Part shown: positions 14,523 through 27,476 of the stretch, piece after piece
Layout of the letters: each line of letters begins with the position of its first letter
Numbering within the stretch: position 1 is the stretch's first letter
Assembly (NCBI GenBank): GCA_047495785.1
Contig: JBLDXI010000020.1
Coordinates: forward strand, 1,364,001-1,428,000
DNA: 64,000 nt
Direction of reading: 5' to 3'
Source: Lepidodermella squamata
Taxonomy: Eukaryota; Animalia; Gastrotricha
Position numbers and translations under genes: made by a program
Notes under the pieces: model-generated
Database searches by the model: none
The model's input: the letters and a program-made list of their open reading frames with translations, nothing else
What the model was told of the DNA's origin: nothing

Positions 14523-17500
14523 TCAGCTTTTGCTGCTCTTTCCTCGATAAGTGGAAACATTCTTCTTGATAGTTAATTCGGATAGGGAAGCGCATTTATC
14601 AAATAAAACTCTGACCAGACCACATGATAGCGCACTTACTACCATGACCTTAGGACTAGATTTCGGATCATTCGCTTGACCTGAGAGTTGGGCAGCATGC
14701 ACCTGAAACAATAACTATCATAAGAAACGGAAAAAATCGAATGCAATCTAAACTAACAAAATTGACACAGGTTTTAGAGGGTGGGGCTATAGCGGCCGCT
14801 ATCGGGTCAGCGGGTTCAGGAACGTCATCTTCGCCAACAGAATCATCGTTACCCGTTCTGAATTCGATGACACCGCTTTTGAGCATTCGTGATGAGCAAA
14901 CTAATTTCTCCGCATGATCGTCGTACGCCGTGCCTCGAATTCGAATTTTGAGCAAATAAGACATGGTCGTGTACAGCGTAACATTGCCGAAAGTGCTCCC
15001 CGTGATAAAACCCAGAGCTACAGAATTTTTGCGATTTTCACCCGTCGGCACAACGGGTCTTATCGATGTCATTGAGCAAATACTGCCACCACGTGTGATT
15101 GGCTTGAAAGGCCAAATATCGCTAGCTGGGCTGTCACCAAACAAGTCAAAAGCAGTTAAGGTGGATAAAACTCTGCTAGGCTTCTGCTGGACATCGGCCT
15201 CTGTTTTCGGGGTTAGTTGAGCTTCAGGTCCGGATCTTCGGAATACAAACCAGGGATTATTGGCTAAAATTGGCACCTAAAAGTAAAGGATCAAAGGATC
15301 AAAGGAAATGGCAAAACGCCAGGGTTCTTACGGAATTGCCCGGCATGAGCGTGAGATGGGTGGAGTACGGAGACATCAATGAATGCATGAGATTTCCATT
15401 TGCCAAATTAAATAAACTAAGAGCGCCGTCAATCGAAAGAGTGATAATGCAGTTACTAGTGAAAGGCGTCACTCGCACCGCGACCAAAGGTTGTGAATGG
15501 GCCCGAAAAACGCGTACAGCTAATAACGAAGACATCATAGCTCCGCCCTGGAAATAGCGAGAATGTAAAAGGACGGGTTAATTTGGTAAGAATTTCAAAA
15601 TTACCATGGAGAAAAGTGGGCTGACTGAGTCGAAGTTCCAAACAGCTATACTTGCGTCACTGAGAGCAGCAACTAGAACAGAACCGTCTCCAGGCCAATC
15701 CATGCAAACAACACGGCGACCTTGCTCCGTTGTATCATTGCTGCTAGACTCGGGCGTGGATGGGCGGTCCACCTCAAAATCCCGTGATTGCAAATGCAAG
15801 CCGATGCAGGCTTTGAAAACGCGCTGCTTATTTTTGTTTTCGTCAACCAGCTCGAATTCACCGGGCTCCGGAAGAGCAACGATCGATATTAAATTTTGGC
15901 CGCTTCCGCCAATCGCCAAAAGGCCTACGCAGTTGCTGCTTTCCGGAGCCAGCGGGCAGAATTGAAGTGCTAACGCCGGGCCTGCATCAACAGCGAGGCT
16001 ATAGGCTAGCTGGGGTGGGGCAGAAAACCGCTCATTTTCCAAGGACAGCTGCCAAATTTGAATAGCTGAAGGATGACTTGTTGCTATTCGCGTGTCCGGA
16101 TCTGGACAAGATGCCGCAGAAACAGCGATATAAACACTGGTAGGAGTCGCTTCATCTCGACGAGAAGGTGCAGAGTCGAGGGCGAAGACTCGACCTCCCA
16201 CAAAAAATACCGCCTCATTGTGGTCTGTCGAAAAAAACACAATTGTTTTATAGTGAAACGTCTTTATTATAGGCGAACTTTATTTGCACCACAGCGACAT
16301 ACTCGCCAAGTGCGTACCCCGATAAGACTAGAATAATTTTTTTTATTCTCGTTTTTTCCTTATATCACTATAACATAATATATACATAGCCACACCACTA
16401 CCATTAAATGTATTATGTATTATCACCCTTGCATGTGCTTCCAGCAAAGGCAAACACGTCGTTTTTTTTCTCCAAGCGCATCAAAGGTGGCATGATGACT
16501 CTCAAAAGCTAATTTGCTACAACCACAATTTGGTAGTATTACCAGTAAAAAATGACTTCTTAGATGGACAATAGCCAGATGTAACAATATAATTGAGTAA
16601 AAAACGGATCCGTTTTGAAAAAAAGGCATGCACGCGAAACAACCGGCGAGAATACACACCTCCCTCTGCTTCTTTTTGACGGCCGGCGAAATAATTACCT
16701 ATCTGCTTTGAGGTGGACTCGGAGGCTATTAGGTAATAGCCGCTTTTTTGTTTACTGGCAGGCGGCCATGTATAAGAAGAGGAAAAACGAGCGGGTCGAA
16801 AAAAGGAAACAGGGCGCGATGCGTCACATAAACAAAGGCATACAGAAGCGATGAATCGCCGAATGAGTACACACGATAGAAATATAATCAAAATAATAGA
16901 TCACGAGGATGTGCGGTGATAAACTGGTCTGCGCCTGCCTGAGCGCCACCGTGCAAGAAAAACAGACTTATGCGCGTAATTCTATGTATGAAGTAATAGG
17001 TAGCATGCTACTGCGAGTATTCCATTATTGTTCCCTAATAATGTAAACGGTTCCAAGTTCCAACACCAAGTCGGGTACACAATGCGTAATAGAAAAAAGA
17101 AATCCTTTACGATATACCGCAGAAAGCCCTCGATGGTAGTACAGCTATTCAGGATACAACGTAATCTACCGAATCAAGACAAAACAGCTATTATTACTTT
17201 CATCGCTGTTATTGCAAGTCGTAATCTATTATTTTTGGTGGCCACTCCACAATAACACCATCATCATCAGTTCAAAGGCCCACATCAGCCGCATTCTATA
17301 TCCATTCCTTAAAAAACGCAACTTGTCACGTTCAGACCAATTTTGAGCTAAAAAAGCTATATCAGTCCATCCTTGCGGTAGCTAAAAAGTCATGCATCCC
17401 TCGATTGATCGAGGTTATTCCTAGTTATTCATTTCGCACCTAAATATCTTATAGCAGATTTGTTCGTAAACTACAATAAAAATAATCTAAAATACGCTAT

Positions 17501-20500
17501 TAGCCCAAATGAGTTTATACCTCTTGCCTTGTTGTCACTACATTAGGAGCTTATGTCTAATAACAAAAATTTTCGAAAACAAAGCACTTCATTAAATAAT
17601 TCATTCCTTTAGCATTTGTTATACGCTACCCTAAAATTCGATTTTCAAGACCTGAAGGCTGTGGATTACTGAAATGCGAGACGATCAATGCAATGACGAC
17701 ATTAGAATAAAGAACCCGGCCAATAACAACATTTCGCTGCTCTACCTAGACCTACAGCGCGTGCAGGACCGCAATACGCTGCGAGATCGACATCTCACTG
17801 CCGTTTCGTTGGGGCTCCTTATCCAGCCTAATACTGCCACGACAGTGACGAACGAACCCGCGAGGACTGCATCGGCAATTATAGAGCGACGTCTCTCCAT
17901 TGTGAGTCACGCGGAGTCGACGAATGGCGATCGCGATGAGTTCGAAGGGGATGAAAAACCCGTAAAAGCAACACCGGTGCGTTACCACAGCCTTGATGAC
18001 CGGCTGAGATTCGCAAATACATTGGTGGCATCGAATTCTGCGGACATCATCGTAATCGACTCCTGGCCTGAAGAATGCTTGATGCGTACTTACTTCCCAG
18101 CCCTGGATGACAGGCAAAATGAGGAGGAAAGCTACGTCACCAAAACTGCGTATAGGCCTAATGGCGGACGGGGAACTATGATTGCAGTGAAACGAAAATG
18201 TTTGGTTCCCGAGAGCGAAAAACCGTCAAATGTCGGTTTAATCGGGTTAGATAGACTGATTAAGCGATGCTGGACACCGACAGCACTCTCCCATGGCGGA
18301 GTTAACCAGGCCTGGGTTCATGCGGTCGATGCAGGTCCGGCAGTTTTCCAATTTAATAAACCTCCGATTCGCCTAGCGGTGGTATCTTATGACTGTGGAA
18401 AGGGTTACCACCTGCAAAACGGCATCAACGACGCGATCTCAAACAATATTTCGAAAACTCCAGCTGCCTTGTTCTCATCAAAGTTGTTCTTGAATTGCCG
18501 CTCAACAAGTTTTTCAACGAGTTTAGACGGCGGAAGTCCTAGAATCAACAATATGCCCCTGACGAAACAACTGAGCGTTGAAACTAAGCCGCCGGTTCTA
18601 TTGAAGGCGCAACGGTCAAACTCTTCGGTTGGATCGTACCTCAGCAATGGGCCGGCGAAACGAGAACCGAGTCATGTTTGGTGGAGGGGCGCGACAGGCA
18701 AAACAAACGGTCACGCCAGCAATGGAACAGTCCACGAGGAAAGTTTTGGCTCAACGGTAAATAATAGCGGAACGGCAACGCCTCAATTTTCAAAAGACCG
18801 GAAAAATTCCTGGCTAGAAACGAGCAGAACAGCCAACCCGATGGAGGACGCGGAAGAAAGGATTAGGATAGCGGGTGAACTAAAGCAGCTAAAATCTTTC
18901 GTCTCAGTTACACTGGCTAATCAAATAAGTGATAAAAGGCGACATCTCGAGAGAAGAGCTTCAGAGACCTCCCTCGATCGTTTCAACCTATCACAAGTAA
19001 TTCATTTCCATCTCATTTTGTCCACGATTCATTATTTTTATTTTTTTTTAGAACACCAACGGAGCGCTCGCTTTAGTTGTTGGAAAATTTGGAATCAATT
19101 CTTTAAATTTGGCACAATCTCTGGCGAGTTGCGTCAATACGCACATGACCAATACTGAGTGTCAAGTGACGGTTTGCGACAACGATCGATGTGAAACAAT
19201 GGCAGCAATACGTTGGCAGCCGAAAGCGAGGCACACCAACGGATTTCACCACAACAGCAGTCAAGATGAGCTGCAAGAAAATCACCCAGTCGAAGACGTC
19301 GTGGAGAAAGCTGGCAGTGAGCAAATCTCAATAAACGACTCGACAGCGATGCTATCTTACAATAGAAATGAATGGTTGGAAGCCGAGTTCGAAAGCAGGC
19401 CTCGATTGTTTACAGTAACATTCCACTAAGATTATAGACCATGCTCTTCGCTTCTCATTTTTTTGGTCCTGAAAGTTTATTTTCTTTACTGATGATAATA
19501 TTAGCATGCACGTGCGTTGGTTTTCAAAGAAGCACTACTGGTGGCGCTCACTCGGTCTTATGTTTGGAGATTATGGTGAAGATAAGAACGCATAATTTAG
19601 GTTAAACAGGGCGGATTATTTCTAATAAAAAGGCGATAAAAACTGTAAACAGACTTACCGGATGCTTCAGATATTTTGCCTGTGAAATCGCTCAATGTTT
19701 GAGATGTGCCCGGCTGGTCTGATTCAAAGCGAAATGGCGTTAGAGAACCATCAGTTTTCAAATAATCATTCGATCTAAAAGATGAGTTTAGTAAACACTA
19801 ACGTGGAATTTAAAGCTACAAACTTTTCCAACATCCAGAGATCCGGTTGAGGTTTCAGCTTAGCTAATCGCAGCGGGAGCTGAGAGGGCTTCAAGCTGAG
19901 TTTACGCCAGAAGTGTTCGTTCAGATCAGCTACGATTTTTTTCAACGACAAGTCGCGCATATTTTTAATGTAAATGTGAGGGCCTCTGGCAGTCAGAGAT
20001 CGACCCGGTGTTCCCATTTCCGAGCGCTCTTCGTCGTCACCTGAAGAGGTCGTTTCATCGTCGGCGGAACCATTTGAATCAAAGTCTCGATCTCGGGAAT
20101 CTTCATCTTTCGATGATGGACCATCGCTTTTTATTTTACCGATTCGTTTCAACGCTTTTGAAGCGGCCTTCCGCCTACGACGAACACCGGGTTTTGATTT
20201 TTCGCTGTCACTAGCGCTCTCATCTGAGGAGTTAGTTCTTGACTTGGCTCCGCAAATATCGCGATGGCGTAGGAAAAACCACGTTGGACTCTTGAATTGT
20301 CGATGGCATTTGTCGCAGAATAAGAATCCTTGCCTTTGAAGGATGAAGTCAAGCACATCTCTCGAAACTGTTAAGCTCTTTGATTCAGCTTGCTCGTCGT
20401 ACACGGTGCAATGACTAGTCATGTAATGGCTTTGCACGTCATCGGGCTCCAGAGCAACTTTACCGGGGCATAGTGTACAATCGATCGGTCCTTTAATAGG

Positions 20501-22937
20501 CCTGTTCGCAATTTTCGCAATCGAAGGTGATTCGAACTGAGCCCGATCGCCAGCCGAACACACCTTTTCGTGGTACATGAAGCTTGGCGCCAGTCGGTAA
20601 GAAACATTGCACTTCGGACAAACGATACGGCCAAATTTCTTGATAACCAGCTCACGGATCTTCATTATCCGTATTCCCTCAGGCCAACCAGGAGCGTACT
20701 GTGAATTTTAATCTAACTTAACGAATCGATAATGCAATATAGAAACATACTAAAGCGACGTGTTTTTCAAGGTAATGATCCTGCATCAAAGCTCCGCTCT
20801 CAAATGTGACAGTTTCACTGCAAATTTGGCACTCGTAAGGTGGATCGCCGCAGCATTCTCCTTTCACGAGTCGATCCATAATATTGAAAGGAATTTTGCG
20901 AGCCTAAGGAAAGTGAGGTTCATGATTATAAGTTTTTATCAATTTTCAAGCGACTTACTGTTCCGTCGCATGAGTCTCGATGGCGTATGAATGATCTGAC
21001 TGTGCAGCGATAGTCAGCTTTGCAGCGAGGGCAAACAAGGTAACCATCTCTCTGTTTCCTTTGTTCCAGCTCCGATATTGATAGACCTTCAATTGATGTT
21101 TCATCCTCACTTTCACTAGCCTCTTTTGCTTTCGAGCTTTTCGAGATCAAGCAACTGCGATCGTTCACAGGTTTGCTATCACAACGTCCTTCATGTATAA
21201 GCAAACCTTGACCAGTCTTATCGAACTTCCTGAAACAATATTGGCATCTGACATGGCCTGTCAATTTCAATATAATATCGAGGGCGTTGATCGAGCGAGA
21301 CCAACCAGGCTCTTTCGCAGTGTACTAATTGAGAAGCATCATAGAAGGATAAGTTAATTGCTAAAACTGAGGCTTACAAGAACACTGTGCTCGAAAGCGT
21401 AGTGACGAAACATATCAGCGACTGGAGGGTCGTCAACTGGGCAAAACAGGCAGTTACCAGAGACCGGGTTTTCCGACATAGCTTTAAGGTTGAAACCAGA
21501 TTCGTTGTCATCAGATCCGACGCTGAAAGTCTGGCAACGCCTGAAATGCTTCACGAAGTAGGAAACCGGCGAGCGGTATTCGTTATTACAAATGGAGCAC
21601 TTCAAAACGCCAGTTTTCTCGTAAATTTCCTCGAGTTGAGCCACTGTGTGACCGTTGATGAGCGCGCTTTCTCCCTCGCCCGCATCTTGACTAGCCGTAT
21701 CACTGCTGAAACCATCAAATGGCGCGGGCCCATGCTTTGCAGGATTACGGGGGCATCGAGTTTCGTGAATTACGAGTCCGAAACCGGAGCGCCCGAATTC
21801 TCTCGCACAAAACTGACAGGTCAGCTTTCCAGTCAATTTAAGCACATTATCAAGCGCTGATACATCTCGATGGTAACCAGGAGGTTCAGGTGAATACTGC
21901 AAGCAAATAATTAAAGTATTGTTACAAGAAACAGTTAAACATACTATGGCAGAATGTGAGACGGCATAGTGGCGAAAGATGTCTTTGATAGGCCCAGTGC
22001 CTTCGGGACACAACTTGCAAGTGTCTGTTTTCGGCTTCGGAAATTGTTTGTAGAAAGGAACCACATACTTCGGAACTTCTGTGAACGAATCGTCGAGTGA
22101 CTTTCTCGCCCTACCAGTAACTCTCTGCTCGCCCGTGCACGATTGCACATGTTTTATAAAATAGGAAACAGAACTTTTGTAAGCAGCCTTGCACTTGGAG
22201 CATTTCAACACTCCATATCGATTGAATTTCGACTCGAGTTGTTTTTCGGTAAGGCCATCGTACAAATTAGCAGAATTTTCGGACTCATTGACGTCGGCGG
22301 TCTTTGGCGTACGGCCTGATTTTGCCGAATCATCATTTGGTTCCTCAGCCTCATCTTCAGCGCGGGTCAACTTCTTTGGTCTGCCACGCCTACCAGGACT
22401 TTTCAGTTGCGTAGAATTTTTCAAAACAGACGGACTAGCTTCTCTGCTTTCCGTAGCTGATTTGGTAGAGATTTCTACTGAATCTTGGATGATCGAGGCA
22501 GTTGTCCGCTTGGCCACTGGAGTAACAGCTGCGGGTGATCCTATACCAGATTTTGACTTCTTAGATTCAACAGGCGAGTTAGATTTCGAATGCGATGGAT
22601 CGACGTGGTCAGTTCCGGCCGTCGGAGTTTCAGCATTGGGCTTGGGGAGACCACGCTTCTTAGCCGAATCAACATCTGAAGAGGTAGCATTTAGATTGCC
22701 TGCGCGTGTAGCCCGATAAGGTATAGGTGTAGTGCTAGAACTGCCGTTGTACTGCCATCGCGAGCTGCTAGCCTTGTCTACTTTTTCAGCTACTTCTTTG
22801 CCGTAGCGAAATGAGGGGCTATGGTCAGCAGTTGTTCTTTTAGGCCTAGCTGATGCAACAGTTGGAGACGTCAAACGCTTCTTCTTTGGCTCGTCTTTTG
22901 CAGGTTCATTTGCGGAATTTTGAGATTTTCTAGGCAT
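14523..22937 (-). CDS. GTF3C2: ~1518-aa protein: AT-hook + 11 zinc fingers (7 C2HC, 4 C2H2; ZNF512-like) fused to a C-terminal WD40 TFIIIC subunit 2 (TFIIIC110/Tfc6)-like domain
   Basis: Ten exons: 22937-21945, 21896-21378, 21324-20959, 20903-20751, 20698-19824, 19774-19659, 16224-15605, 15547-15332, 15276-14758, 14702-14523 (4557 nt, in frame). The phase-1 donor at 19658 (G|gtaagt) matches the phase-1 acceptor at 16225 (ttttcgacag|AC). GTF3C2-like motifs FFVGGRVFALD..P, IQIW, LALQFCP, GLLAIG and C-terminal VSALSCGLVRV. Confidence 0.78.
17674..19429 (+). CDS. Nested antisense gene (~566 aa) of unknown function, possibly a degenerate endonuclease/exonuclease/phosphatase (EEP)-fold protein
   Basis: Exons 17674-18996 and 19052-19429 joined in frame by a 55-nt GT-AG intron; lies wholly inside intron 16225-19658 of the GTF3C2-like gene. 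Confidence 0.75.
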
Positions 22938-23045
22938 AAATTTGATAAAATCTACTGAACAAGACATTTCATTAAAAGCAATATCACTAAACTCAAATAA
23001 ATTAAGATAATGCAAAAATATTATAAAAGTATTATAGGCGATGCT

Positions 23046-23534
23046 TTACAGAGATTCACCACGATAGAAAGCACAGTTTTTGTCGGTCTCGTTGATCTTT
23101 ATTTCGAAAAGCTGGAAGCTTGAATGGTTCGAAAGCTGCTTGATGACTCCATCCCAAATATAGATACATAAATTTTCGGTGGTGCTAAAGAATGCAGGTT
23201 TGGTTTTATTGTTTTGTATTTAAAAACTTTCAAAAATTTACCTCACGACATTTTCAAAATAAGGAACGTCTTTGTCCAGATTTCGATGGTCCAAACCTTT
23301 GAGCACATGCCCCAACACTTCTTTAAGCACCTGAATATTAGCTACCATTCCAGTTTTTTGATCCACCGTGCCTCGAACCGTCATCTCGACGCGATAATTA
23401 TGCCCATGACCATTTGGATTGTTGCACTTGCTGAAAATGTCTTTGTTCTGCTCATCAGACAATAGTTTGCTATGGAGTCTATGACTAGCAGAAAATGATT
23501 CAGTTCTGGTCAAGTATACAATTGGTGATGGCAT
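23046..23534 (-). CDS. PTS: 6-pyruvoyl tetrahydropterin synthase
   Basis: Exons 23534-23242 and 23184-23046. [61 protein letters not shown]. Confidence 0.97.
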
Positions 23535-24083
23535 TGAAATTGTATAACAATCTAAAAATTGCAAAAAGACGTATTTTTGGTTATTCATTGTGATATTTCT
23601 CTCAGAAGGAGGCAAGATATATGCGCAATATCCACGAAGCAAATTTGATAATAAATCACACAGTTTTTCAACGGCCATTTCGCATAGAATCGTAGCGCCG
23701 CAATTAATTCAGATGAATTAAAATAGTAATAACCGATGGTATTTGTTATAGGAATACATTTATATGTATATATAAAGATAAAAGACAATTAAGCAGCAAG
23801 ATTTCGAAGAAATTAACATGCCAAATGCATGCGAAAAATTCACTTGAATATAATTTAATTTCAGAGCAGTAAGCCAAATGTATGACGATCGAAAATACAT
23901 CAACCCAGAAAGATGATCACTATATTAACATTGCACGAATACCACCATGTCGCAAAGCTAGTGTGCTTATAGCAAAATCAAAACTTAATCCTTTCCTCTA
24001 ATTCGAAGTGATCAAAAATAATAATCAATTGCAACATCGAGCTAGAAAACACTGCACCAGTCCATGGTTTTTCAAGGGAAGGT

Positions 24084-25684
24084 TCAAGCAGCTGGAATAT
24101 TCTTTATTTCCGGAAGCAAATTCGTCCATAAATCGATCATTTGCTGCTGCGTGTCGGCTAGGCGTTCAAGATAAGCGGTAGAAAATCGGACAAAGTCTTT
24201 CGCACGGCCACTCTCGAATCGGGCAATTTCCTCACGAAGAGTTTCTGACATCTTCTCACATTCACTTTTGCTCCTCTCCAGCTGCTGGTTCAGCTGGTCG
24301 CATTCCTCAGATAACGCTTGGACCTTGTCAGGAACTGCCGGGCTCTGAAGCTCAGCGCGAGCTTTTGCCTCTCGTTTGCTGTTCAGCTTCTGGTCCAACT
24401 CTTTTGAGCGACGGTACGCTTTGCAGCGTTCTTCGAAAACGCCTCGAATAGCGACAAGCCAGCGAACGTAATCGCTTACCTGCTCAGCAAACAGCATTCC
24501 GTCAGCTTCACTCTGGGCCTGGCGAACCTCGTGCAAACGCTCAGTTGCCTCGGCCAGCTGAGACAAAGCGCGTGAGAGTCCATTGTTTTCCTCCGCGTTA
24601 GCGAGCAGCCGGAGGGCAGCGCCAAGAGAAGCAACACCCTGAGCTGCTTCATGTCGACAAATTTGCATGGTTTCAGCAGCATCGACCAACTTTTTCAGCT
24701 GGTTTTCCAAAACTGAAATTTGCTCCAAGCGCTCATCAAACCAGGGATCTGGGTCGTCGAAAGTTACAACAACTCCAGAAACTGTGTTGGAAACACGACT
24801 GAACAAGCGTTTAATTCCAGCAGTGCTTAGTGCCGATGTTTCGCTTGCTTTTTTCAAATCTCCACTTTGGGTCAAAAAGTCGCGGAGGTCTGGATCTTGA
24901 CGGTACAAGGTGTTAGATGCCAAACGCTGCATAAAGCGTTCCAAGGCACCACGGCGGCGGTTAATAAACTCAACGCTATTCGCGTTTTGATCCTTGGTGA
25001 ATTTGGTAGTGGTTGTTCCAATCATGTCTTTCTCTGGTGGCGGCGGCACAATCCGACCATATGGCGCGTACTTTTCCTTGAGCTTATTGAACAAGCCGAG
25101 AAAATCACTGTAGCGCCTGTAAACTTCGAATTGCCGACCTCCGAAGAACGGCAGACTTGTGATAGTGGTGACCTTGTAAACTACGTAAGAACCCATACCG
25201 TCACCTCGCTTTTGTGGATCGACGACAGTAATCTGTAAGTCGCCATCGTTAACAGTAGTTGGAATGCTACCACTGGTATTGGCGGTGACTCGAACAACCG
25301 AGGGAACTTCTTTCACAGGGGTTGATTCGGGAGTCAGTTTCACTTCAACTTCCTGAGGTGCAGCAAGTGGTGAATCGCGTAGATGCTCTTCGGATTTGTG
25401 GCTTCCGATGCTTTGATCAGATGGCTGGTTCAAATAATCTTCATGGCTGCCGCTATCACCTGGGAAATGTATATCAGTAAATGGAGAGATGATCAAATTA
25501 TGAGACTAACGGGTGTTGCTGACATTTTCGCCAATAGCACTTTTCCAAATGTCACCGTCATCTTCCTCTTGAGGTTTAGGCTACAAAATAAAAGCTAAAA
25601 TGAGAAAATCAACTCGGCAAAACTTGTGCATACCGATGAATCGAACAAATCGCCCTCAGCTTTAACATCGTCAGCGTTCATCAT
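24084..25684 (-). CDS. SNX1: Sorting nexin 1/2 (PX-BAR)
   Basis: Exons 25684-25634, 25580-25511, 25459-24084. PX motifs DPQKRGDGMGSYVVYKV, RRYSDFLGL, IVPPPPEK, RRGALERFMQR; helical BAR domain ending WTNLLPEIKNI. Confidence 0.93.
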
Positions 25685-27014
25685 CTTTAAACAAGTTTTC
25701 ACGTCAAATCTAGTGAGAAATGGAGCATTCATGTCGTTATAAAATAAATTGAAGTTTGAATGCCATCAGCCCAAAGCTTGTGTGAGCGAATTAAAGCCGT
25801 CGAGTGAGCAGTGAGTAACTTCTTGGGTCTCCAGAGTCAATGGTTGGGAATACACACTTCACAACTTGGCTTTGTTTTTAGTTGGAATTTTTAGAAAGTT
25901 GTGGGTCCCCAAGTAATGAAGACAGGTAAGCAGATAGAAGATGCGGATAGGTAAGTACACATACTGAACGGTTGAGAATTATTTAGCAACAGCTCAGAAG
26001 GGGAAGGGGATGAATATTTTGCGGGCAAAGCTTGAAAACTCATAGCTAGCAAGCTGAAAATCGGTTCAAGGTTCAAGCCTGCTTCCTGACAATTTGCAAT
26101 TATGTCCATGCAAAAAAAATTCGCGGCGAAACAATCACGACTCACAAGCCAGCTTGACGAGCTTGGCGAAACCAAGGACACCTACGAAGCGCGCGCAAAC
26201 AAGCGCAACTACTTAAAGACATTATTGCAAAACTTTACCAAATTGATATATTTACTTCGGAATAAATTTTAAAACAATTTATCGAAAATTTATTATTTAA
26301 TATACGTGAAAAAACGCAAAAAAATGTAACTTGACAACGCGCGAGCGCTTCTCTTGCGAATCCTTGAGAAAACGGAGCAATGCGAAGGAGGCGAATCGCT
26401 TTGAAGTTCGAAGCCGGTTATAGGGTGCATATGTCGGTTGGCGAATGTTCTCTGAAGATACTCCAGTCTTTACTTACCTTTACGGGGTTTAGCGTTTCGC
26501 TGATTTGAACCAAAGTTTGCTATTTTAACACGTCTTTAGCTGGTTTAAAACAGAGATACCTATCTCAGCAAAAAAGTATCATACCAAATAAGTACCAAAG
26601 GCGGTAAATGACAGCCCAAAAGATTGTTATTATGTTAGATAGTCACGCTTTTTTCGCGTATTCTGATCAACTCTACATATTTATAGTTATAGGTTTCCGA
26701 TAGCCGGGATAAGGCTGTAGGCGTGGTCGTGGTGGACACGAAAGACCTTATTGAGTTTCCTAAGTTATGATCAGTTTCGGTGATGTGACTAGAGCTCTGC
26801 CGAGATGTTTCTTCTTGCCGGGCTTGAGGCTTGACGAAGTTATTCATGGTCAATTGGACTGCGGCATATCAGGGTTTGGGAAGAGCATGACCAAAATATC
26901 GCCACCACATCAGATAACTTGACCGTGTTAGTCTTCGCATAGACGTCCTAGTTGCTGATGGTGTTGGGGCATCTGATGCCCAGCAACCTTCGTAGCTGTT
27001 TGCGATGATGCGAG

Positions 27015-27476
27015 TCAAGGCGGTTCCATAGCGTTTTGGTGAGACCCAAGCATTATAAAGGCGGACTTCCCTTTCAACGGAGATGTAGCTCGAGCATATT
27101 CATAGCGATTCCATGTTGTTGAAGGCGATTGTTGAGCAGCGGATGCGATTTTCGACGTCTTCCTTATATCCCAGTAAGCTGCCCAGCTTATTCTCCGTTC
27201 TCTATTCACTTTCATCCTCGTTGCATCCACCACTTCCACTTTACTTGCTTTGCTTTTGTTCACCATCAAATTTTCCTCCGATAGTCTCGTTGCGGCGACA
27301 GTTTCGGTCTCATTAGCTTGTTCGATGCTGAGAGTGATGAAGTCGAAGCCATTTGTATAGATTAACTCGTCGCGTGGTTTTGGGATGTTTGAGGGTTCTG
27401 AGGCTCGCCTCAGGGTACATAATGAAGAGTACTGGTGATATTGAGTTTCCTTGCGGACTTCCCATGAGGGTTTCAA
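27015..27476 (-). CDS. Possible orphan coding exon (low confidence)
   Basis: Reading frame stays open from ~27608 to 27015; no recognisable domain and no clean exon chain could be built. Confidence 0.25.
   Translation of the reverse strand: MKPSWEVRKETQYHQYSSLCTLRRASEPSNIPKPRDELIYTNGFDFITLSIEQANETETVAATRLSEENLMVNKSKASKVEVVDATRMKVNRERRISWAAYWDIRKTSKIASAAQQSPSTTWNRYEYARATSPLKGKSAFIMLGSHQNAMEPP

Noticed and set aside
15578-16240. Treating the WD40 ORFs as a stand-alone gene
   Set aside because: There is no ATG start: the exon begins at a phase-1 acceptor matching the donor of the zinc-finger exons at 19658.
21387-22719. Long plus-strand ORFs (157 aa, 176 aa) and similar shadows such as 28661-29161
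   Set aside because: Antisense shadows of well-supported coding exons, with no independent motifs.
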